A stretch of DNA of 64,000 bases, taken from positions 29,280,001 to 29,344,000 of the forward strand of contig CP068257.2 in NCBI GenBank assembly GCA_009914755.4, read 5' to 3'. A program made the translations under genes and the position numbers. Origin of the DNA: the human T2T-CHM13v2.0 reference genome, Homo sapiens. How positions within the stretch are numbered: position 1 is the stretch's first letter; each line of letters begins with the position of its first letter. Below are positions 13,690 to 22,765 of the stretch, in pieces. The notes beneath the pieces were generated by a model. That model did not search any database, had not been told where the DNA came from, and was given only the letters and a program-made list of their open reading frames with translations.

Positions 13690-16659
13690 TTCACCAAATG
13701 GAACAATTGCGACCCCAGTGCAAAAGATCACTGCTCCCCTGCCCTCAAGTAACAAGCAGTCCTGCATGCAGAGAAGCAAAGCCCAAGTCAGTGCACCCAC
13801 AGTATACACTCTCTTGGTATGGGAACCAATCCAATGCCGCACCCCCAGGAAGGCTACCCCTAAGCCAGTGGACCCACTGAGTTCATCCCTTCAGCTTAGG
13901 AACCAGCCCAGTGTCCCAACCCCAGCAAGGCCACCACAAATGCCCCTTAGCTTGAGAAACAACCTGATGCCTTTCCCCTGGTGAGGTCACTCCCAAACCA
14001 GCAGACCCAGTGCACACACCCCTTGACTTCAGCACCAGCTGGCCTTCTTCCCCCAATAAAGCCATGCCACCACCACCACAAACCCACAAACTCCTGCAGT
14101 CTAGGCCACTGAGGCACTCACAGGCATTGCTAATGTTGATTATTGCTGAAAAAGACTTCACATTTACTACATAACTGCATCATTAAAAAAACAAAAACCA
14201 CGCACAATACCCAACCACCACCCAAGAACTCATCTGCAAGAGAAGTCTTTCCCTATGAAAGCTACTCCATAAAATTGGAAAAGGTGAATGTTCTTGACAC
14301 CACAAAAGGAACTCAATAATTCTCGAATAACTGGCCCCCAAAGAAAAGGAAATTTCCAAAATGCCTGAAATGGAATTCAAAACAATAATCCTAAGGAAAT
14401 TTAGTGAGATACAAGAGACTATAGGTAGACAATTCAATAAAATTAGAACAATTCATGATATGAATGAGAAAATCAACAAAGAGATGGATTTTTTTAAAAA
14501 AAGAACCAAGTAGAATCTCAGAGCTAATAAATTCAATAAATGAAATTTAATATACAACTGAGGGTTTCAACAAACTAGATCAAGCAGAAGTAAGCATTTC
14601 TGAACCTAATGACAGGTTTTTTTTTTAAATAACCCAGTCAGATTTAAAAAAAGAAGAATTAAAAAGAATGAAGAAAGCCCATGATACTTACAGGCCAACG
14701 TTAAGTGAACAAATGTTTGCATTATGAGGGTTCAGAAGGATAAGAGATGGAGAAAGTTATAGAAAACTTATTTAACAAAATATAGCTGAACACTTTCCAA
14801 GTCTTGGGAAAGATATGGGAAGTTCAGATCTAGGAAGTTCAGAAGTTCTCAAATAGATTTCACCCAAAAATATCCTCTCTGAGGCACATCGTAATCAAAT
14901 CAAAAGTCAAAGTCAGAGAATTATAAAAGCAGAAAGAGAAAAGTGTTAAGTTACATATGAGACAGTTCCCACTAGACTGAGCAGATTTCTCAGCAGAAAC
15001 CTTGCAGGCCAGGAGAGAATGGGATGATATAGTCAAAATGCTAAAAGACATAAAAACTACCAATCAAAAATACCATACCCTGCAAAACTATCCTTCAGAA
15101 ATGAAGGAGAAATAAAGTCTTTCCCAAACAAGCAAAATGTGGAAGAATTTATCACCACTAGACAAGCCTTACAAAAAATGCTTAAGGAAGTGTTTCAACA
15201 GGAAACAAAAGGAAAGTCATTACTATCAGTGTACTGTAGCGATGGTATGAAAATGTTTCAAATATCTAGTATGAAGGTTGAAAGCCAAAATGGCCAAAAG
15301 TAACTATAGCTACAATAAGTTGTTAGGGAACCCACAATACGAAAACATGTAAATTAAGGCAACAAAAATATAAATTGTAGGTGGAGGATAAAAATCTAGT
15401 GTATATATGCAACCAAAGTTAAGTTGTTATCAGCTTAAAATAGTATAACTACAAGATTCCTTATGTTAGCCCCATGGTAACCACAGAGAAAAAAAATATA
15501 GCAGATGCAAGAGACAGAAGGAGAAAGGAATCAAAGCTTATCAGTAGAGAAAACCACCAAATCAGAAATATAAGCAATAAGAAAGAAAGAAGCAAATAAT
15601 CTACAAAACAATCAGAAAACAGTTAACAAAATGGCAGGAACAAGTCCATTTAATAAACTTGAATGTAAATGGATTAAATTCTCCAATTAAAATGCACAGC
15701 AAAAGAAACAATCATCAGAGTGAACAGAAAACCTAGAGAATGGGTCAAAATTCTTGCAGTCTATCCATTTGACAAAGGTCTAATATCCAGAATCTCAAGG
15801 AGCTTAAATTTACAGGAAAAAAACAACCTCATTAAAAAGTAGGCAAAGGACATGAACAGACACTTCTCAAAAGAGGATGTACATGCAGCCAACAAACATA
15901 TGAAAAAAAAGCTCAACATCACTGATCATTAGAGAAATGCAAATCAAAACCACAATGAAATACCATCTCATGCCAATCAGAATGGCTACTAGTAAAAAGT
16001 CAAAAAAACAACAGATGTTGGTGAGGTTGTGGAGAAAAAAGAACACTTTTACACTGTTGGTAGGAGTGTAAATTAGTTCAACCATTGTGGCAATTTCTCA
16101 AAGACCTAGAAACAGAAATACCATTTGACCAAGCAATCCCATTATTGGGTACATACCCAAAGGAATATAAATCATTCTATTATAAAGATACATGCATGCA
16201 TATGTTCATTGCAGCACTATAGCAAAGTCATGGAATCAACCTAAATGCCCATCAATGATAGACTGGATAAAGAAAATGTGGTACATACACACGATGGAAT
16301 ACTATGCAGCCATAAGATGAGAGCATGTCCTTTGCAGGGACATGGATGGAGATGGAAGCCATTATCCTCAGCAAACTAATGCAGGAACAGAAAACCGACC
16401 ACCACATGTTCTCACTTGCAAATGGGAGCTAATTTATGAGAACACATGGACACGTGGGGAGGAACAACACACACTGGGCACCTGTTCGGGGGGAAGGAGG
16501 GAGAGCATCAAGAAGATTAGCTAATGAATGCTGGGTTTAATACCTGGGTGACAGGATGATCTGTGCAGTAAACCACCATGGCACACATTTACCTATTAAC
16601 AAACCTGTACATTCTGCACATGTACCCCTGAACTTAAAATAAAAGTTGAAAAAAAAAAG
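13690..16659 (+). mobile_element. LINE-1 (older L1P-type): 5'UTR-like tandem monomers, ORF1, ORF2 start, large internal ORF2 deletion, ORF2 3' end, 3'UTR and poly-A
   Basis: ORF1-like sequence from ~14230 (aatgcctgaaatggaattcaaaacaataatcctaaggaaatttagtgagatacaagag...). ORF2 start at ~15640 (aaacttgaatgtaaatggattaaattctccaattaaaatgcacagc) jumps at ~15700 to the ORF2 3' region (aaagaaacaatcatcagagtgaacagaaaacctagagaatgggtcaaaattcttgcagtctatccatttgacaaaggtctaatatccagaatc). The 3'UTR ends ...cctgaacttaaaataaaagttgaaaaaaaaaag at 16659. Confidence 0.8.
13782..14070 (+). repeat. About 75-bp tandem monomers (3-4 copies) in the presumptive L1 5'UTR
   Basis: Copies cccaagtcagtgcacccacagtatacactctcttggtatgggaaccaatccaatgccgcaccccc / cctaagccagtggacccactgagttcatcccttcagcttaggaaccagcccagtgtcccaacccc / cccaaaccagcagacccagtgcacacaccccttgacttcagcaccagctggccttcttccccc lie directly upstream of L1 ORF1. 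Confidence 0.7.
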
Positions 16660-16690
16660 AGGAGAGAGTAATGGAATAGTTTTTTTTTTA

Positions 16691-17008
16691 AGACCCTACT
16701 ATATACTGCCTATGTGAAACTCATTTTACCTATAAGGATGCACAAAGACTGAAAGTGAAGTGATAGAAAAAGATATTCCACACAAATGGAAACCAAAAAA
16801 ACCCCAAAGTAGCTATACATCTATGAAATAAGTAGACTAACTCAGAAACTGGAAAAAGAAACAAAGACTGTCATTTCAGCTGAAAGATCTATTCAGCAGA
16901 AGGATATAACAATCATAAATATATATGAACCCAACACTGGAGCACCCAAATATAAAAAGCAAACATTATTAGATTTAAAGGGAAATATAGACTATAATAT
17001 GTAATAGT
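16691..17008 (+). mobile_element. LINE-1 ORF2 N-terminal (endonuclease-region) fragment
   Basis: gcacaaagactgaaagtgaag..gaaaaagatattccacacaaatggaaaccaaaaaaa...aacaatcataaatatatatgaacccaacactggagcacccaaatataaaaagcaaacattattagatttaaag matches the L1 ORF2 5' region (..atatatatgcacccaatacaggagcacccagattcataaagcaagt). Confidence 0.7.
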
Positions 17009-17011
17009 AGC

Positions 17012-17150
17012 AGCCAGGCACAGTGGCTCATGCCTGTAATTGCAGCACTTTGGGAGGCCAAGGCTGTGGATCACCCCAGGTCAGGATTTCAAGATAAACC
17101 TGGCCAACATGGCAAACGCCTTCTCTACTAAAAATATAAAAATTAGAATT
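17012..17150 (+). mobile_element. Alu left-monomer fragment
   Basis: agcagccaggcacagtggctcatgcctgtaattgcagcactttgggaggccaaggctgtggatcaccccaggtcaggatttcaagataaacctggccaacatggcaaacgccttctctactaaaaatataaaaattag. Confidence 0.6.
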
Positions 17151-17495
17151 GGTAGTATTCCATATAAATATATATATCCATATATATACACACACACATA
17201 CATATCCATATATACATAGATATACAAATATATACATATATATACCTATATACATATATATTCATATATCCATATATAGATATATACATATATCCATAAA
17301 TATCCATATATCCATATATAGATGTATATCCATATATATCCATATATCCACATATGGATATATATATATATCTCCATATATACATATACAGATATATATA
17401 CATATATATCCATATATACATATATCCATATATATCCATATATACATATATATATCCATATATATCCATATATACATATATATTTATGTAATTTC
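17150..17495. repeat. TA-rich compound repeat built from (TATATCCATA/TATACATA/CACA)n variants
   Basis: About 345 bp of tatatccatatatacatatatccata-type units directly downstream of the Alu fragment. The six-frame track shows only Y/I-rich pseudo-ORFs here. Confidence 0.9.
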
Positions 17496-17689
17496 TCAAC
17501 CTAATCTCCAAGTTCAAGATACTTTTGTATGATACTAGGCATTTAATCGATTCCTAAACAACTGAGGGTCTTGGGAATTTAACCATGTCAATGCAGCCTT
17601 TTTTTATATTATTAACTGAAGAAACTGGGTTCCCTTTAAAGTTTTTTAAAATTAGAAAATAGAAAGAAGTCAGAAGAAACCAAGTCAGG

Positions 17690-18075
17690 ACTGTAAGGTG
17701 GATGCCCCTGTTTGATGAGAGGAATGAGCAGGTGCATTGTCATGGTGGAGAACGTCTTGCTGGTGAAGCTTTCCCAGGTGTTCTTCTGCTAAAGCTTTGG
17801 CCAAGTTTTAAAAACACTCTCATAATAAGCAGATATTATTATTTTGCCCTTGAGAACATCAATAAGAAAAATGCATTGAGCATCCCTCAGAATTGTTGCC
17901 ATGACCTTTGCACTTGATCAGTCTGCTTTAGCTTTGAGTGGACCACTTCCACCTCTTGATAGCCATGGCTTTGATTATGCTTTGGATCATATGGGTAAAC
18001 CATGCCCTATCTCCTGCTGTAATTTTTTGAAGAAATCCTTCAGGATCTTGATCTTACTCGTTTAAAATTTCCACT
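17690..18075 (-). mobile_element. Decayed Tc1/mariner/pogo-superfamily DNA transposon (transposase relic), left part
   Basis: Reverse-strand translation of 17700-17790 (gaagaacacctgggaaagcttcaccagcaagacgttctccaccatgacaatgcacctgctcattcctctcat) gives EEHLGKLHQQDVLHHDNAPAHSSH. This contains the DNAxxH catalytic motif typical of mariner/pogo (DDE/D) transposases. Frame-breaking stops are present, so it is a pseudogene. Confidence 0.4.
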
Positions 18076-18090
18076 GAAAGATCTGTTCTG

Positions 18091-18324
18091 AGATGGTATC
18101 TCATTGTGGTTTTGCTTTGCATTTCTCTGATGGCCAGTGATGATGAGCATTTTTTCATGTGTTTTTTGGCTGCATAAATGTCTTCTTTTGAGAAGTGTCT
18201 GTTCATGTCCTTTGCCCACTTTTTGATGGGGTTGTTTTTTTCTTGTAAATTTCTTTGAGTTCATTGTAGATTCTGGATATTAGCCCTTTGTCAGATGAGT
18301 AGGTTGTGAAAATTTTCTCCCAGT
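18091..18324 (-). mobile_element. Young L1PA-like insertion, inverted 5' segment (twin-priming inversion)
   Basis: agatggtatctcattgtggttttgctttgcatttctctgatggccagtgatgatgagcattttttcatgtg...cagatgagtaggttgtgaaaattttctcccag is the reverse complement of L1 ORF2 (ctgggagaaaattttcgcaacctactcatctgacaaagggctaatatccagaatc....caaaaccactatgagatatcatctc). Confidence 0.85.
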
Positions 18325-19024
18325 TAGAATGGCAATCATTAAAAAGTCAGGAAACAACAGGTGCTGGAGAGGATGTGGAGAAATAGGAACACTTTTACAC
18401 TGTTGGTGGGACTGTAAACTAGTTCAACCATTGTGGAAGTCAGTGTGGCGATTCCTCAGGGATCTAGAACTAGAAATACCATTTGACCCAGCCATCCCAT
18501 TACTGGGTATATACCCAAAGGACTATAAATCATGCTGCTATAAAGACACATGCACACGTATGTTTATTGCGGCACTATTCACAATAGCAAAGACCTGGAA
18601 CCAACCCAAATGTCCAACAATGATAGACTGGATTAAGAAAATGTGGCACATATACACCACGGAATACTATGCGCCATAAAAAATGATGAGTTCATGTCCT
18701 TTGTAGGGACATGGATGAAATCAGAAATCATCATTCTCAGTAAACTATCGCAAGAACAAAAAACCAAACACAGCATATTCTCACTCATAGGTGGGAACTG
18801 AACAATGAGAACACATGGACACAGGAAGGGGAACATCACACTCTGGGGCCTGTTGTGGGATGGCGGGAGGGGGGAGGGATAGCATTGGGAGATATACCTA
18901 ATGCTAGATGACAAGTTAGTGGGTGCAGCGCACCAGCATGGCACATGTATACATATGTAACTAACCTGCACATTGTGCACATGTACACTAAAACTTAAAG
19001 TATAATAATAATAAAAAAAAGAAA
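18321..19024 (+). mobile_element. Young L1PA-like insertion, sense 3' segment (ORF2 C-terminus, 3'UTR, poly-A)
   Basis: ccagttagaatggcaatcattaaaaagtcaggaaacaacaggtgctggagaggatgtggagaaatagg...gtaactaacctgcacattgtgcacatgtacactaaaacttaaagtataataataataaaaaaaagaaa is near-identical to the L1PA consensus by eye. It is contiguous in L1 coordinates with the inverted piece, with 4-bp microhomology (ccag) at the junction. A 15-bp TSD gaaagatctgttctg lies at 18076-18090 and 19025-19039. Confidence 0.88.
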
Positions 19025-19039
19025 GAAAGATCTGTTCTG

Positions 19040-19440
19040 TCTGCAGCTGATCTGGGCACAACAGTTGTGCTCTCATCAAGTGGAAAGTGTGATCAACTTC
19101 AATGTTTCAGCCAGAATTGTGTAAATTAAATGAATTGAGATGTCTGTGATGTTGGCTATTGTTTCTGCTGTTAACCGTCAGTCCTTTTCATCCAGGGCAT
19201 AAACAAGATGAATTATTTTCCCAAAAATTGATGTGGCTGGTCTGCCGCTTCAGGCTTCGTCTTCAACATTGTCTCATCCCTTCTTAAAGTAAGTTATCCA
19301 TTTGTAAACTGCTGATTTCTTTGGGACATTGTCCCTATAAATTTTTCATAAAGCGTCAGTGATTTTACCACCCTTCTAAGCTTTATTATAAATCTGATGT
19401 TTAGCAAAACTCATGTTGCTCTAATAGGGGTTCTTTTAAA
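19040..19440 (-). mobile_element. Continuation of the same interrupted element on the other side of the L1 insertion (putative, unclassified)
   Basis: Host sequence is contiguous across the L1 TSD (..ccactgaaagatctgttctg | tctgcagctgatctgggcacaacag..). No recognisable coding motif remains. Confidence 0.25.
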
Positions 19441-19584
19441 ATTGATAGCTTATCTTTCTTAGTGCCTCAAACTAGATTGTGTTCAAATATGTTATAAGTT
19501 AGTGTGAGTTTATTTAGGTGCCAAAAAATTGAAATCCATGAATAATTTATCATAATACTTATTTTGCATGAACTTTTTGAAGCC

Positions 19585-21935
19585 CCCCTCATAAGAGATG
19601 AACCCACCACTAGTATCATACTAAATAGTGAAAAATTGAAAGCCTTTCCACTAGGATCAGGAATAAGAGAAAGATACCCACTTTTACGAGTTTTATTCAA
19701 CATAGTTCTGGAGGTTCTAGCCAGAGCAAGTGGGCAGAAGAAAGAAATAAAGGGCATTTAAATTGGAAAAGAAGAAGTCAAATTATCCTAGTTGTAGATA
19801 ACATGATTTTTACATAGAGAAAACTTAAGGATTCCACAAAAATCTTTTAGAACTGATATGTCAACTTAGTAAACTTGCAGGATACAAAATCAACCTACAA
19901 AAATCAGTAGCATTTCTCTACACTAACAATGATCCACCTTAAAAAGCAATCAAGAAAGCAATTCTTTTTTACAATAGCTACCCCCAACAAAAAAATCCCT
20001 AGGGATAAATGTAAACAAAGAGGTGAAAGATCTCTACAGAAAAAAAAAAAAAAAAAAAAAGTTAAAAAAAAAAATTGTTGAAAGAATTTGAAGAGGGGCC
20101 AGGCACGGTGGTTTATGCCTGTAATCCCAGAACCCTGGGAGGCCAAGATGGGCAGATGGCTTGCACTCAGGAGTTTGAGACTAGCCTGGGCAACATAGTG
20201 AAACCCCGTCTTTACTAAAAATACAAAAATAAACTGGGTGTGGTGGTGTGCACCTGTAATCCCAGCTACTCAGGAGACTCGGGTACAAGAATCTCAACAG
20301 AAGCATATCTCATGTTCAAGAATTTGAAGAATTAATGTCATTAAAATGTCCATACTACCCAAAGTGATCTACAGATTCAATGTAATCCCTATGAAAATAC
20401 CAATGACATTCTTCACAGAAATAAAAAGAATAATTCTAAAACTTATATAAAACCACAAAAGACCCTAAAGCAATGCTGAGCAAAAAGAATAGAGCTGGAG
20501 GCATCACACTACCTGACTTTATACTACAAAGTTATAGTAAGCAAAACAGCACGATAGTAGCATAAAAACAGACATATACGTCAATGGAACAGAAGGGAGA
20601 ACCCAAAAATAAATCCATGAATTTACAGCCAATACATTTTTTACAAAGCTGCCAAGAAGATACATTGGGAAAAGAATTGCCTCTTGAATAAATGGTGCGG
20701 GGTAAGCTGGATATCCATATACAGAAGAAAGAACCCAGACCTCTATCTCTCACCACATACAAAAATCAACCCAAAATGAACTAAATACTTAAGTGTAAGG
20801 CTGTAAACTATAATATGAAACTACTGGAAGAAAGCATTGGGGAAATGCTACAAGACATTGGTCTAGGCAAAGATTTTTTTGGGGTAGGACCTCAAAAGCA
20901 CAGTCATCAAAAGCAAAAATAGACAAATAAGATTACATTAGGATAAAAAGTTTCTGTACCGCAAAGAAAACAATCAACAAAGTGTAGAGGCAACCTACAG
21001 AATGGGAGAAAATATTCGCAGGGAGAAACTACATGACAGGGAATCAATAACCAGAATATATAAGGAACTCAAACAACTCAATAGCAAAACACAAATAATC
21101 TGAGTTTTAAATGGGCAAAAGACTGAAATCAACAGTTCTCAAAAGAAGACATACAAATGGCCAACAGGTATATGAAAAATGCTCAACATCACTAATCAGC
21201 AGATAAATGCAAATCAAACCACAATGGGGTATCATCTCACCCCAGTTGAAATGGCTATTATCAAAGGACAAAAGATAACAAGTGTTGGGGAAAAAATAGA
21301 AAAAAAGGATCCCTTATAAACTATTGGAGAAATGTAAATTAGCATAGTCATTGTAGAAAACAGTATGGAGTTTTTCAAAAATTAAAAATACAAATACTGT
21401 ATGATCCAGCAGCCCCACTACTTGGTATATACCCAGAGGAAAGGAAATCCATGTATCAGAGACATATCTGCACTCTCGTGTTTATAACAGCACCATTCAC
21501 AATAGCCAAGATAGGGTTTAACCTAAGTGTCCAACAATGGTGAATGGATAAAGAAAATGTAGTGTACATACACAATGGAATACTATCCAGCCATTAAAAA
21601 GAATGAAATCCTGACATGTGACAACTTTAATGAACCTGGAGGACATTATAGTAAGTGAAATAAGCCAGGTCCAGAAAGACAAATACCTCATGATCTCACT
21701 CACATGTGGAATATCAAAAAGCTTACTTCATCCAAGGAGAGAGTAGAACAGCGGTTACCAGAGACCTGCGAAAGTAGGAGGGAGGAGGGGATACGGAGAG
21801 GTTGGTCAACAGGTACAAAGTTACAGTTAGGAGGAGTAAATGCTGGTTTCTACTGCACAGTAGAATGAGTAAAGTTAACAATAATGTATATTTCAAAATA
21901 GCCAGAGAGGTAATTTTGAATATTTTCACTGATAT
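19585..21935 (+). mobile_element. Older LINE-1 (L1M/L1P-type) ORF2 3' half and 3'UTR, carrying a nested Alu
   Basis: ttcaacatagttctggaggttctagccagagcaa..gaaagaaataaagggcatttaaattggaaaagaagaagtcaaattatcc (ORF2 reverse-transcriptase region). After the Alu: ..ccaatgacattcttcacagaaataaaaagaat..tacaaagttatagtaagcaaaacagcacgatagtag...caacaggtatatgaaaaatgctcaacatcactaatcagcagataaatgcaaatcaaaccacaatgg...cagccccactacttggtatatacccagagg... and the 3'UTR. Confidence 0.8.
20098..20290 (+). mobile_element. Alu fragment (5' about 190 bp, no 3' poly-A) nested in the L1
   Basis: ggccaggcacggtggtttatgcctgtaatcccagaaccctgggaggccaagatgggcagatggcttgcactcaggagtttgagactagcctgggcaacatagtgaaaccccgtctttactaaaaatacaaaaataaactgggtgtggtggtgtgcacctgtaatcccagctactcaggagactcggg. 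Flanking direct repeat aagaatttgaaga at 20083-20095 and 20320-20332. Confidence 0.8.
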
Positions 21936-22280
21936 GGGTTGGCTGTGTCCCCACCAAAATCTCAACTTGAATTGTATCTCCCAGAATTCCCACGTTTTGG
22001 GAGAAACCCAGGGGGAAGTAATTGAATCTTCCCCGAGCCATTCTCATGATAGTGAGTAAGTCTCATGAGAGCTGATGGGTTTATCAGGAGTTTCCGCTTT
22101 TGCTTCTTCCTCATTTTCTCTTGCTGCCGCCATGTAGGCAGAGCCTTTCACCTTCTGCCATGATTGTGAGGCCTCCACAGCCACATGGAACTGTAAGTCC
22201 GATTAAACCCCTTTCTTTAGTAAATTGCCCAGTCTCAGTATGACTTTATCAGCAGCATAAAAAAAGGACTAATACACTCA
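21935..22280 (+). mobile_element. MaLR solo LTR, MST/THE1-type
   Basis: tgatatgggttggctgtgtccccaccaaaatctcaacttgaattgtatctcccagaattcccacgttttgggagaaacccaggggg..ccatgattgtgaggcctccacagccacatggaactgtaagtccgattaaacccctttctttagtaaattgcccagtctcagtatgactttatcagcagcat...ggactaatacac. Confidence 0.65.
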
Positions 22281-22591
22281 CCGCAAAGAAATGAGAAATG
22301 TTTGAGGTGAAAGGTATGCTAATTACCTTGATTTGATCATTACACAATGTAACATGTATTGAAACATAACATTGTACCTCATAAATATGTGCAATCATGT
22401 GTCAATTAAAATTTTAAAAAGAGAAATATGCACAAGATGAAAAGCTATCACTTTAATCCTGGTGGAGCCAACGGATAGATAAAACGTGGACCCTTGACAT
22501 ACCACTGGGCTGATCAACAGAGCTGAGAACCTCCTGTCTCCAGACTTCTGGTTCATTAGTTAATGAATGCCTTGTGATTTAAGCCAGTGGT

Positions 22592-22765
22592 GCTCAAAGT
22601 GAGACACCTAGACAAGCAGCAGCATGGCCATGGAACTTGTCAGAAATGCAAATCCTTGGGCACCACCCTAGACTAAATGAAAAACCCTGGGGGTGAGGCC
22701 CAGCAACCTGTTCTTTAACAAGTCCTCCAGGTGATGCTGATGCAAGCTAAACTTTGAGAACCTCT
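22592..22765 (+). mobile_element. MER20-like hAT-Charlie MITE
   Basis: gccagtggtgctcaaagtgagacacctagacaagcagcagcatggccatggaacttgtcagaaatgcaaatccttgggcaccaccctagactaaatgaaaaaccctgggggtgaggcccagcaacctgttctttaacaagtcctccaggtgatgctgatgcaagctaaactttgagaacc matches MER20 (cagtggttctcaaagtgtggtcc..cacctgggaacttgttagaaatgcaaattctcaggccccaccccagacctactgaatcagaaactctgggggtggggcccagcaatctgtgttttaacaagccctccaggtgattctgatgcacgctaaagtttgagaaccactg). Confidence 0.6.

Noticed and set aside
17150-17495. Possible CRISPR-like or minisatellite array with Y/I-rich ORFs
   Set aside because: The units are simple TA/CA-rich motifs of irregular length, with no repeat-spacer architecture. This is eukaryotic DNA, and the Y/I-rich ORFs are translations of (TATACA)n-type repeats.
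18633-19079. 148-aa ORF on the - strand
   Set aside because: It is the antisense of the L1 3'UTR and ORF2 end of the young L1 insertion, so it is spurious.
19440-19585. Possible mariner-type terminal inverted repeat (ttaggtgccaaaaaattgaaatcc resembles Hsmar TTAGGTTGGTGCAAAAGTAATTG)
   Set aside because: The match is short and approximate, the orientation is inconsistent with it being the end of the antisense transposase relic, and it is truncated by the L1 at 19585. It is mentioned only inside the transposon finding.
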